Of a stretch of 64,000 bases of DNA, positions 42,521-55,350 are shown piece by piece. Under the pieces are notes generated by a model, which did no database searches, had not been told where the DNA came from, and was given only the letters and a program-made list of their open reading frames with translations. Source of the DNA: Piromyces finnis finn (lineage: Eukaryota > Fungi > Neocallimastigomycota); NCBI GenBank assembly GCA_002104945.1, contig MCFH01000050.1:310001-374000 (forward strand), given 5' to 3'. The translations under genes were made by a program, and so were the position numbers. The first letter of the stretch is position 1. Every line of letters begins with the position of its first letter.

Positions 42521-45500
42521 AATTATTATTCAAAAAAAAAGGTTACATTCCAAAATTTTTACAAAGATATAAATATTTTTAAAGTTTATACATTGAATTT
42601 TTGTACAAATTTTATTTTCAAATTTTTCATAAATGATTTTAATCTTCTTTTTTATCCACAACCAAAAAAATTATATATTATAAATATTATCTAATATATT
42701 TTATTTAATTTACATTACCATCAATTTCTTAATTTAAAAAAAAAATAAAATAAAATAAAAAAAAAACCTTTCCTTTTATTATAACCAATTATAAACCGTT
42801 CAATAACAAAATTAATGCTTTATATTTTATAATAAATCATCATAAAATTATGAAGAAATAAAAAGTCTTCATTTTTCCTATATTAATTCTATCCTCATCC
42901 TCACCATCATACCATATCACCATATCATTAATTTGGGTGACATCGTTTATTTTCATTCATTCATATCCAAAAATTAAATTAAACAGAATTATCGAAAGAA
43001 AAGAAAATTTTTTTGTTTTTTTATATATATAATTTATATATATTCAAATCAATTATTCAATAAATTTTGATGTAACACAATTTAGTTTTATATTAATTTA
43101 TTTTAAAATAATATATTAGTTTTTTATAATATTTCCATGAAACATTTTACTTTTTAAAAAGTATACTTTTTTAAAAAAAATTGATATTTAAATTATATTT
43201 GAATATATTAAGGATTATATATTATAATATAAATTTATATAGAATTATTAATTATGAGTAATACCAAAATGAAAAAAAAAAAAAAAAAAATAAGAAAATC
43301 GCAATGTATTAAATAATATAATAATGAAAGTAATATTAATGAAGATAATAATAAAAGAAATAATAATAATAGGAAAAGAATATTATTAAAGCAATGATGA
43401 TTAATAATTATAATAATTGTTCATTATTTAGTATTTTAATAGTATTTATAACAACAATGAAAACAAAAATGAAGAAAGAGAAAGATTTTTGGATATCCTA
43501 AAAGAGCTGGTCTATTTTTATTAAATTATTTCAATTTTCACTAGTATTTTTTATTCCTTTTTTTTTTTTTTTTGGCAATAAGAATTATTATTTAGCAGTG
43601 AGTTACATTCCTTCCTATATAAAAATTTCAATTCACAACAATATCTGACCAAAAAAAAAAAAAGACCATAAAATAAATTTTATGTCTATACTTTTTTTAT
43701 ATAAAGTACTTTTTTTTCATTATGTAAAAGTTTTTTTTTTCCTTTCTTTCTTTCTTTTCCTTTATATATATATATGTATATATATAAATGGGTATCCTTA
43801 AATAAAGAAAGGGCTATTTTCAAGGTAAAATATGAATTTTTTTTATAATATTTAATAAAATAAAATATATTATATATTATAATATATTATAAAAGCAACA
43901 ACGACAGTAACAAGATAAGTATTTCTCATTTATATATATTTAAAGTAATAATAATGATAATGATAAATTATATATAAACCTGAAAGGTATGAAAAAAAAT
44001 TTTTTTATTTTTTGTTTGTCTATCATTTAATGACCTATTTATGATAGACATGACATACATGAAATATGAAAATAGATAACTAATAACATCAAAACTATAA
44101 AAATAAATAAGAAAAAAAGAGCAATCTACCTCTTTTTATAGCTAACTTTTTTTTAAAAAATAAATAATAAAAATAAAAAAGAGAATTTTACAATTTACAT
44201 TCATCAAGTAATTTATTTGTTTATTAATTATTCATTCACTTATTAAAGAAAATGATACAATAATATATACAATATATAATTCAATATATTAGATTTTAAA
44301 CAATGATATATTTTTATATATTATTACTAAATTTTAATAATTATATTAAATCTTTTTACAGAAAATAAAAATGATAATTTAATAACGAAGAAAAAATTAA
44401 GTAAAACAAAAAAAGAAAGATTACAGTTTTTAAATTATATATAAAATTATATATAATTTTATATATAATTTTATATATTATCCACATTTATTATGAATCA
44501 TATTAAAATACATTAGAAAAATTAATAATGAATTAATCCACTATTTCTTTTTTTTTATTATAATTTTTCTCATCAAATATTAATTAATAAAAAAAAAAAA
44601 AGATCATGGCTATTATCTATATAATCTATATAGGTAAGTTTATTTCATTATCTAAATATATAAATAATAATAAATAAAATAACTTTTGAAAATTCATTAT
44701 ATATTTAAATATCAAATGAAAAAAAAAACATAATATTACTATTTTATTAATAATTAAAAATAATATGTTAAAAAAAACAAAAAGTAAAATATAAAAACGA
44801 AAGAAATAACTGTATTAAAATTTAAAAAAAAAAAAAAAAAGTTAACTATTAAATTTTTGCACTCTGTAGTGAATTAGTATACAACATTACACAAAAGTAT
44901 TATACTGTTTCCTATTTGTTAATATAAAATTAAACCTATTTAAAATATATGGTTATACATAGAAACTTCTTTTTATAAGACCAACAAAGTAACTAATGAA
45001 TAAAAATGTTACATTATATTACATAATAGGAAAAATAAATATAAAAATAAGAATGTTATTTTAAAATAGATCTAAATCTAATTTATTTATTTTTTTTTTG
45101 TTTATATATAGTAAAAAAATTAATATAATTTTAAAGTTGTTTTAATTAGCTAAATTTGTATAAATTAAATTAAATAATAATAATAAAGTAAATATTCATA
45201 CATATATTTTTTAAATAATATAACCATGTTTTAACTTTAATGAGTATAAAATTTTCTTGTTTATTTGTACATTTATAAATTAAAAAGGCGTGTTTGTGCT
45301 TAATCTAAATTTTCAATTTAATGATATATATTAGAATAACTTAGAATAATTTAATATAAAATAGAATAAATACAAGTTAAGCCACATATTTGATATAAAG
45401 TATGTAACGCCATAAATTAAGATATAAAAATAATAATGTAAAATTTATTAAGCCTTGTAATTACCTTTAATAAAATTTTATTTAATAAATAAAGTTATAT

Positions 45501-46236
45501 TAAACCTAAACTTATTAATATATAAACACAAATTGATTAAATAGAAATATTTAATTAAAGTTTAGAAATTTAGCCTACATTACATTATAAACAATTTAAA
45601 ATATGAAAAAAAAAATTTTTTTTTTTTTAACATTGAATTTCTAATAAAATAATCACTAAAAAGTTTCATTTAACTATCGTTACTGAAAAAATGGTATACC
45701 AAGTCAATAGAGTTATTGTATTTATTAAACTATAATAATACTATTTTTTAATAGTATAGAAGGATAGAGTATGGAGTACTTATAGAATATAATGTATGTA
45801 TAGGGTACAGTAAAAAGCATAAAATATAGTAAAGTAGAATATTATACTATTATCAGTATATAATATGTATATAATCTATATAATCTATGTATGATTTATT
45901 ATATTGTTAAATAATGATGATGATAAAAGTTGTCATTATACTATTTATTCTATAGGTATTAATTACAGTAATTTCTTTTCTTTTTTTTTTTTTTTTTTTT
46001 ATTATTATTATTTTATGGATATGGATTTTATTATAACGAACAATAATTTCTTTATATATATTATTACAATAATCATTTTATATAGATATATTAATTTTTA
46101 CTTTAAATTGTTTGAAAATAATAATAAATAAAGAGGGAACTAATATTAAAAGTATGATATAGAAAATAAAAACAATGAAGAGAAAGGGAGAAAGCACACT
46201 TTTTTTTTTTTTTTTTTTTAACTATTACTTTTAATG

Positions 46237-46238
<2 letters not shown>

Positions 46239-46275
<37 letters not shown>

Positions 46276-46299
46276 GTTGTTGTTGTTGTTGTTGTTGTT
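46239..46299. repeat. Compound (TTA)n(TGT)n microsatellite
   Basis: Read directly from the sequence. Confidence 0.9.
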
Positions 46300-46507
46300 T
46301 TATTTCAGTTTTAGACTTTATTATAAAAAAATTAATCATGTTGTATTAAATGAATAAAAAAAATTTAGTTTTTTTTTTTTTTTTATTTTATTCTCTAAAT
46401 GAATAAATATTTATCCTAAATTTTTTTTTGAAAAATTTAGCCAGAGCTCCTGGCCTGAATAAATATTAATTCATTCATAAACAAAAAAAAAAAAAAAAGA
46501 AAGCTAT

Positions 46508-48667
46508 TTATTTCTTTTTAGTAGTTTTATTCTTTTCGCTTTTACTTCTACGATAAGTTTTAATAGTAACTAATTCAGAAATAAATAATACTTTATCACC
46601 ATTTGATATAACAAAAAAGTAATAAGTATTATTTCTTCCAAGTTTTGAATTATACAATAATGTAGTATTATCACCAATAATATAAGGCGAAGAATGAATA
46701 AAATTTGCCTTTGACCCAGCTTCAAATACACGCTTAATACGATCTTCAGAATTAAAGGTTTCACTTTCATTACTGCTATTTGTGTCATCATCGATTTCAT
46801 CATTATCTCTTGTTTTTCCCATACCTTTTTTGATAATAGAATAGTAGGAAAGAAGGAGACCATTTGAACTAAAATATTCTCTATGTTTATCAATTTCATT
46901 AATACAATTAATTTCTAAAAACAAATTTTTACTACTTTGCTCATCTAATATTAGTTCTTGTACTTTTTTCTTTTCGGTGTTCCGGCTAGATGAAATGGTA
47001 CATTCATTAATAGTAATGGAGGATATATTAATTTTTGGGATGGTTTTCTTTTCTTCAGTGACACTTTTTGGTGATTGTACATACGGCGGATATATATTAT
47101 TATTTGATTGATATTGACAATTATAATTATTATATAAATTGATGGTAGCATGGGTTGAGCGATCTATAGTAGAATAAATGGCAGATTCAGGAAAACAAAT
47201 TGGTGAAAGATTGTTTTGTAATTGTTGAGAATATGTATTTACAATAGGGTTTGAATCCAAAAGACCACCACTTATCGTAGGATTAAATTTATACACTTGA
47301 TCTGAAAATGTATTATTTTGCGGTGAAGGTAATGAAGTAAGCAGCATGGAAATATTTGTATTCATAGTATTTATACGTGTATCTAATGATGTTGTAGTAT
47401 CTAAGGTAGGGGAAGGGAGAAACTGATTTTGTAATATTGATGGCATATTAGAATGATTTTTGATTGGTATGAGTACACCTGAATTATTTACAACAGTAGA
47501 AGCTTGAGACATTACTATAGGAGTATTATTTTTATATTCACCATAATTTAACATCATAGTGTTTGCTGCTGCTGCATTATTAGTATTGGAAGGTGAAAAA
47601 TCATTAGAAATAAAATTTACTTGATTATTATTAATAGGAACGTCAGATTTTGTATATGGTAAGGATTCTAGGTTCTGCAGGGAAGAATTAATGTTCAAGT
47701 CCGAAACTACTGGGGATTGTACAATGGTATTTTGATCACAGTGGAATAAATTTTCTATAGTAATTTCTTTAGGAGAGGATGGAAGTAAAGCTTTTTTAAT
47801 ATTATTTGTAGTTAATAGTGGAGATGATGTTTGACTTTTTAATTCATTCTTGTCTGATGAATCATTATAATAGTAATCTTGAACAATAAAAGAATTTAAA
47901 AATTCTGGATATTTTTTATTGTATAATCCTTGATATGTTTGTGATCCCTTGTACAAAACAAGTTCTATGATAGCAGAAGAATAAGTATCTTCATGTTTGG
48001 TACCTTGAAATTCCACAAAGATGTAAAAGTATTTCTTTTTTCTATTGGAATTACTTTTCATTTGGACATCTTGATAATAATTTAAAAAATCGCTATTATC
48101 ATTAACTAAATTTGAATTAATTGACCTGTAATACATAGTAGTAGAATTTAATGGCATTACTTGACTTAAAGGTAGAAATTTAAAGCTTAATTTAACATTT
48201 TCAAAATTATTATTTTTTTTCCCATCAGCGTAACGGACATTGTTTACTTTATCTATACTTTCGATTTTTACACAATGTAATTTTTTAAATTCTTTTCTAA
48301 TGATATCGTTGACTTCACGTTCTTTGATTCTATCATCTGTTCTTATACAATAATAAATTCTATAATCCTCTTCATTCAGTGAAAATGTAAATTTTTCTCT
48401 TTTGTTTTCATTATTTATTAAAATTTCAATTTCTTGATTGTAAAAAACATAATCTTTCACAGGCTCTATTGATTTTTCAGTTGCTAACAATCTAAAAAAG
48501 GAAGATAAAGTTTTCAAATAAAAAGAAAAGTATTTCTTTTTACTCTCGCTATTATTTATTTTCCTTTTTTTAGTTATTTGTTTCTTCCCTGTTGATGTTG
48601 ACTTAGCACATTGGTTTTTTAATTTTCTTTTTTTTTCATTATTTATAGTATTTTCTTGTGTACTCAT
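46508..48667 (-). CDS. Orphan 719-aa protein, putative nuclear/DNA-binding regulator
   Basis: Long uninterrupted ORF with coding-like GC. It has basic NLS-like segments at both ends (KKRKLK, KKRK; YRRSK...KKK) and two compositionally globular regions flanking an N/S/T/P-rich low-complexity middle. No family recognised. Confidence 0.85.
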   Translation of the reverse strand: MSTQENTINNEKKRKLKNQCAKSTSTGKKQITKKRKINNSESKKKYFSFYLKTLSSFFRLLATEKSIEPVKDYVFYNQEIEILINNENKREKFTFSLNEEDYRIYYCIRTDDRIKEREVNDIIRKEFKKLHCVKIESIDKVNNVRYADGKKNNNFENVKLSFKFLPLSQVMPLNSTTMYYRSINSNLVNDNSDFLNYYQDVQMKSNSNRKKKYFYIFVEFQGTKHEDTYSSAIIELVLYKGSQTYQGLYNKKYPEFLNSFIVQDYYYNDSSDKNELKSQTSSPLLTTNNIKKALLPSSPKEITIENLFHCDQNTIVQSPVVSDLNINSSLQNLESLPYTKSDVPINNNQVNFISNDFSPSNTNNAAAANTMMLNYGEYKNNTPIVMSQASTVVNNSGVLIPIKNHSNMPSILQNQFLPSPTLDTTTSLDTRINTMNTNISMLLTSLPSPQNNTFSDQVYKFNPTISGGLLDSNPIVNTYSQQLQNNLSPICFPESAIYSTIDRSTHATINLYNNYNCQYQSNNNIYPPYVQSPKSVTEEKKTIPKINISSITINECTISSSRNTEKKKVQELILDEQSSKNLFLEINCINEIDKHREYFSSNGLLLSYYSIIKKGMGKTRDNDEIDDDTNSSNESETFNSEDRIKRVFEAGSKANFIHSSPYIIGDNTTLLYNSKLGRNNTYYFFVISNGDKVLFISELVTIKTYRRSKSEKNKTTKKK

Positions 48668-48678
48668 TTTTTTTTTTT

Positions 48679-49522
48679 CTAAATTAAAAAACTTGTTTTC
48701 AATATAAATTCAGTGTTTTAACTAAAAAAAATCTTGATATATTCATTACTTTTACTAAAAGTCTAATTTTCAATATATATATATATCTAGTAGGATATTA
48801 TAGTTGAATTACAATACTAATGAATGAATGAAATAACAATTTATTTATATACTATTTTAATAATTTTAATAAATAAATAAAATATATGTTTTAAAGATAA
48901 ATATATATTTAATATGAATTAATACTATTCCAGAATAAATTAACTTTAATAATTTGAATGTTATCTTTGAGTTTTCTATTTTAAATTATAAACGTTTTAA
49001 TTTCAATGCCAACTGTTTTCTCTTTAAAAAAATTTTTTTATTTAATGACTACTACTTTGAATAATATTGACGTATTTCTAATAAAACATTTTTATTTTTT
49101 TTCTCGTATTGTAGTTTAAAAGAGTAATAATTAGTAGGATAAATTTTAATTTGACATGTATTATTTTATGAAACTAATAATTTTTTTGTAAGCATTATAT
49201 ATTGACCATAACATAAATATTATAACATTTGTCTATTTAATTAATGATTAGTAAATAAAGTTTATAAAAAAAATTTATAAAAAAAAAAAAGCAATAAATT
49301 TATATGAATATATTATACTATTTTTATAATATATTTGACTATTCTCTTTTTGTCATTAAATAAAAATAAGCTGATTTTAAATAATTAATAATAAAGTATT
49401 ATAAATTTTATAATTTATTAGAATAATCTAAGATATTTCAATCGTATTGTACTTTTTTTTTTTTCTATAACATTTATAAATGCTTTGACAAAAAAAAAAA
49501 AGTTTAAAAAAAAAAAACTTAC
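48679..49522 (-). other. Candidate 844-nt 5'-UTR intron of the 719-aa gene
   Basis: Strong donor GAG|GTAAGT at 49522 and acceptor TTTAATTTAG at 48679, 11 nt upstream of the ATG at 48667. Confidence 0.5.
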
Positions 49523-51366
49523 CTCCTCCTATTTATATAATGTGTATTTTACATACTTTAATATATTGATATTTGATAGATTAATTAAAATCTTATTGGA
49601 TAATAAATTATTTTCTAAAGCTATAAATCCTAAAAAATTACAACATAATTAAATAATTAAACCATTGAGTAACCAAAAAAAAAAAAAATCTTTAATTAAA
49701 AAAAAATGATATTACAATTCTATTTTATAATATATTAAAGTATAGGTTTATAATATTTTTTGAATTCCAATTGTATGGAAATCAAAAAAACTTTATTTAT
49801 TATGAAAAATAATATGATGAAACATGAAAAAAGATTATTGGAAAAGTAAATTGAAAAAAAGATTAATTCTTAAAAATCAATAATAATCATACTCTTTTTT
49901 TTTATCATATATATAGAAAAGTAGAATTTACTTATTTTTCGATGAAAAAAAAAACTTTGGTTGATTTATAACTATTTTATAAATGCATGTAGGTAATAGA
50001 TATATAAATATTTTAAAAAGCACACTGTACATGAATTACTTTATATCATTATTTATTAGTAAAGCTAATGATTAAATATATTGAATATATTGGTTTTATT
50101 ATCCACTTTTTTAAAAATGTTTTTATGTAATTCTTATAATTTAATTAAAATATATTAAAGTATAATGATAATATATAAAGGTTTAATTAAATTTAAATGT
50201 TTTTGATAGAAAAAATCATAAAATTCTGGCTCGTTCACCTAAAAACTGCTACATTAAAAAAGTTTGATATATTTATATTTATTTATATATTATTCATATA
50301 TTATTTATTTATTTTCTACATATAATATTTATGTATTATTTATTTATTATTTATATTTTTATGTTATTTAATATATATTTGTTTATATATCTTTTATATA
50401 CGCTATTTGTTTTTTTTTATGTAACATATATAAAAATTGACTTTATATATATCAACAATTATAAATATATATGTAATTCTTTATACTGTAATATATCCTT
50501 TTAAATATATATATCTATCAATACAAAAAAAATAAGATAAATATTAAAAGAATATTAAAAACTTTATTAATAATATAAATGGATTTAATATAATTTATCA
50601 TAATATATTATTTCATAACTTAATTTATTATATATATTTATATTATATATTTTATATATTATTTATTTATAAATATTTATTACATATTTTATTATATATT
50701 AAATATTTTATATTTTATTGTAATATAATTAATTATATAATTTATTATATAGGTTATATATTATATACTTTTAAACATTCTATTGCAGTATAAGGTTACT
50801 ATATATTTCTATATTATTTTATTATATATAAATTATATATCAGTATTATATTAGGTTTTCTAAATAATTTATGAATGAATCGAGGAAATGCTAAAAAAAA
50901 AATGTAAAAAATAGTAAAAAAGTAAAAGGTTCAAAATCCCTTTTAGAAAGGCCCATTAAAATATAAACAAAAAAGCAGGTCCAATTTTATTATTTTAAGT
51001 AACATTTAAACTATTTTTTTAACTTTTTATTAGTTAAAATATTAGAAATTTTATGGAATGACCAGATTTATGGTAAAACAATGACCGAGCTAAAAAAAAA
51101 AAAATCATTTAAAAAGGTAAAAAAAAAAGGTTTACATTTTATTTCTCTTTTTTTAATTTTCCAAAGAAATTGGAATATTACCCTTAAGGTAGGTATTTCT
51201 TTTTTTTTTTAAAGTATTTTTAAACCACCCTTCTATATAGTTTCCAAAAAGGTTAGTTTATTCTTTTTATTAAGAATTTTAAATATTTATGTAGTATATA
51301 TATGTTTCATAACAAAAAGAAAAAAGGACAAAAGTAAAAAAAAAAATGTTAAGAAATTCTAAAATC

Positions 51367-51398
<32 letters not shown>

Positions 51399-51662
51399 CA
51401 TTTCTCAAAATGAAATTTGAATTTTCATTTAATAAATTTAGAACCATTTCAAGTTAATTAAAAAAAAATTGGGAATAATTAAACTTGGAAATTAAAAAAC
51501 TCAATTTTATAATTAAAAAAAAATAAATTAATATATTGCCAAAGTATAAACAAAAATAATTTTAATTTCTCATTTCTCTGATAATAAATTTATTTAAAAA
51601 ATAATGAATCTATTCATTTATTTAATGACTAAATTATTTTTTAGTAAAATTCCTAATAAAAT

Positions 51663-51664
51663 AT

Positions 51665-51719
<55 letters not shown>

Positions 51720-51720
51720 T
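51663..51720. repeat. (TTTA)n microsatellite
   Basis: Read directly from the sequence. Confidence 0.9.
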
Positions 51721-53499
51721 CTTCTTCTATTCTTCTATGGCAATATTTTTACAAAAGAAAAAAATTAAATTTAAATAAAACTATTTAATAGAATATACTA
51801 CAATATATCAATAAATATATTAAATAAAATTTTTTAATTTCATTCACCAAAAAAAAAATAAAAATAAAATTGACAACGCAATATTGATTAAAAAAATGTG
51901 GATACATTTTAAGACAATTTCATTATCCTTTTTTTATAATTAACATTAATTATTATTGAATTAATCCACATTTTCCATAAATTATTATAAATTATTATAA
52001 ATTTGAAATTACAATCCTATTTAAATTATAAAATATTTATTTATATATTATCTCAATTTAATAAATGTAATATATTATTTTCCATTTAATATTTATTAAA
52101 AAAGAAATGTCAAATTACAATTTATCTTTGGTTCTGTTGATTTAAAAAAAAAAAAAAGGGGGAAACCTTTTAATTTCAAAAAAGGAAATGGTGTCATTAG
52201 ATAAACTATTCCAATGAAAAATAAATGAAAAAAATATATATTTATTATTTTCATATCTTTATATATATATAATAAAAAAAATTTGATATATATATGATTC
52301 ATATATAATTTTACATTAAATTTACATGAAGTCAATGAAAACAAAAAACAAAAAAAAAAAGTAAATTAAATAATAAATTATTAATATATTATTTATAAAG
52401 CAGAAAATTTTTTTCAATATCTAATATATTATATTAATATAATTGTAACCATTTTAATTATCTTTAAAATTAATTTATTTTGAATTATTATGATAAATAT
52501 ATATGAAAATAAAAGCATTAATAAAAAAGGTATAAATAGGTAAGTAGTATAATAAAAATTTTAAAAATATAAAATGTATATAAAAAAAAAGGTTTACTTT
52601 ATATAATAATAATAGTAATAATTAAAAATATATTTATATATATTATATGATATAAAAATTTCATTATTAAAGAAAGAAATTTTACTTGGTTTTTTATTTA
52701 GCTCTAATACAACTCAATGTTTAACAATAATTATAAAAATATAAATATAAATATATTATTAATTATATTATATTTATTTTTTATAGGAACAATAAATAAA
52801 TTTAAAAAGATATATACTGAAAAAATAAATTATTAAAAATATAAAGGTTAAAATTTCAAAAAAATTATTAAAAATATAGATTAAAATTTCAAAAAACTTT
52901 TTGAAATAGAATAATTTTTAATACGTATTTATCATTTTTTATAAATATAATGTAAAATATATATATATATCAAATGATGTTAAATTTAGAATTATTATAA
53001 AAGTTTTTAAAAAAAAAATATTAATAATTTACTTGAATTCTTTTTTTTTTTTATCCTTATGTATAGTTATAATGAAAATAAAGTATTAGAAAAAGAAATA
53101 TTAAATATTAAAATTCATTCTAACTCTACAAATAAAAATGGTTAGTTTACTATAATAATTATTTGTTCAACGAAAAATAATATTAGTTTACTAAATATAT
53201 ATATTCAAATTCTTTCTTATTTAAAAAAAAAAGGCGGCACTAATAATATCTATAAAAAAAAAAAAAATTGTGAAATTACTATTTGGGTAATTCTTTCTAT
53301 TCTTTTAAACAAGCTTTTTTAAAAAAAAGAATATAAGGTTTGCTTAAATAACATTACCAATAACCCATAAACTAAAACATTCCATTACCAGAATATATTA
53401 ATTTTGTCTCCTGATATATCAAAAAAAAAATCTATAATATACTCTCCAAAATTAAAATATAATGGGGATATCTTTTTTTTTATCCATTATAATAACCTG

Positions 53500-53517
53500 T
53501 TTATATTATTTATTTAT

Positions 53518-53548
<31 letters not shown>

Positions 53549-53746
53549 TTTAATTATTTATTTAATTAATTAATTATTTATTTATTTATTTATTTATTTA
53601 TATATATATATATATTTATTTATTATTTATTTATTTATTTATATATTTATTTATTTATTATTTATTTATTTATTTATTTATTATTTATTTATTTAGTTAG
53701 TTAGTTAGTTATTTATTTATTTATTTATATATATATATATTTATTT

Positions 53747-53826
<80 letters not shown>

Positions 53827-53829
53827 TTT
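53500..53829. repeat. Compound (TTAG)n/(TTTA)n/(TA)n satellite with higher-order blocks
   Basis: Three TTAG runs alternate with TTTA and TA runs. Confidence 0.9.
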
Positions 53830-54605
53830 GCTATTTATATTTTTTCCTTATATTTCTTTACAAAGTTTTTTTGATTGATTTAAAAATAAAAAACCAAAAA
53901 AAAAAAAAAAAAAAAAGACTTTGAATGACAATAATGTACATTTTGTTTTTCTTTTTTTTAATTAAATTTATAATTCATTAAAAATATTATTATGAAAGAA
54001 TATTCTTTCCATCAACATCAATATATAATATAATAATTTAAATATATAAAAAAATAAAAATTATTTAAAGCTTTTTAAATGTAAATATTAAATACTAAAG
54101 AAATTATTTAATATATTTTATCTAATGATTACCTTATTTAAAAAAGTGCATATAATGTACTACATTCTTTAATAATATAATTTTAATAGGAAAATATATA
54201 TAATAATAATAATAATAAATAAGTATAAATAAGGTTTAATTCTTTTTTTTTTCATAATAATAATAACACTAATAATGAACAGCAATAATTTTTTTTTCAC
54301 CCTTTAACGAAAATTAAAAAGTTTTTAAAAAAAAAGCATAGACCTTATATAATCCTATTCCATAAATAATTATACTATTTTAGTTTAATATAAAAGCAAA
54401 TAAATGAATAAATTAAGCAAATTTATTTGTAATTCATTTATTTGTGCTATTGTATTATACTCTATATAAAAAAGTATCTTATTATATAGAATATCAACAC
54501 TCTTCATGAATTATTTATAAAATATAAATATATATTTATTCATAAATTATAAATCATTAAAAAAAAAAAAGGATAATTAAAATTATTATAATAAAATAGA
54601 GTAAT

Positions 54606-55010
54606 ATGAATGACCAGAATAGTATTTTAGATAGGATTAAAGAATTTATACAATTTTATGACAAAGCTGTTTTAAGGAAAACCAAATAGACTCCAGGAAT
54701 ATTAAAAATTTTAATGATATCTTAATATTTCTATAAAAGCAAAGGTTTCGCTAGATACTATTCAATTTTTACTTAATCAACGACACGATAAAAATTTAAA
54801 TTTTATTAATAATAAAAATGAAACCTCATTGGAATAGATGGTAAAAAGAAAAAAAAAAAAAAAAAAATACTTGATCTAGATTTATTTCAATATCATAACT
54901 AGTTGATTTTGACATAAATCAATATTCATGGGAAAATTCATATTATTCCTACATTAAGGCTATATCAAATAATAATATTGAAATTATTGAACTATTAACA
55001 AATTATATAT
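54606..55010 (+). pseudogene. Ankyrin-repeat protein pseudogene fragment
   Basis: Broken frames read MNDQNSILDRIKEFIQF / ENQIDSRNIKNFNDIL / NISIKAKVSLDTIQFLLNQRHDKNLNFINNKNETSLE* / DFDINQYSWENSYYSYIKAISNNNIEIIELLTNY. The last has the ankyrin consensus xAIxNNNIEIVKLL. Frameshifts and stops are present. Confidence 0.65.
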
Positions 55011-55350
55011 ATTATATATATATATAAAATCATTATTAAAACTTTAAAAAAAATAAAATAAAATGGTTTATGATATATGACCTTTAATGATATATTTTTT
55101 TAAATTTTATAATTTTTTTAAATTAAATATTTAATATCTATATATATTATTTAATTTAATTAAATTGGTGAATAAAGGTTTATTATCTATTTTTTATTTT
55201 TTAATTTCTGTATTTTTTTAAAAAAAAAATACAGAATTTATAAATTACATAAATTATTTTAAAAACCCACAGTTTTTAATAGTATTTATTAATACTTTAG
55301 ATTTTATTCTAAAAAATTTTATAATATATAAATTAAATATTTAGGCTATA

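Noticed and set aside
43788-43800. ATGG|GTATCCTTA, a perfect U12-type donor after an ATG
   Set aside because: No downstream U12 branch site or coding exon was found, so it is probably chance.
44432-44471. 40-bp perfect palindrome
   Set aside because: It is A/T-only and built from TA-repeat units, as expected in this composition.
50860-51260. Slightly GC-richer patch, and similar patches near 20640-20900 and 53230-53470
   Set aside because: No ORF, motif or repeat structure I could support.
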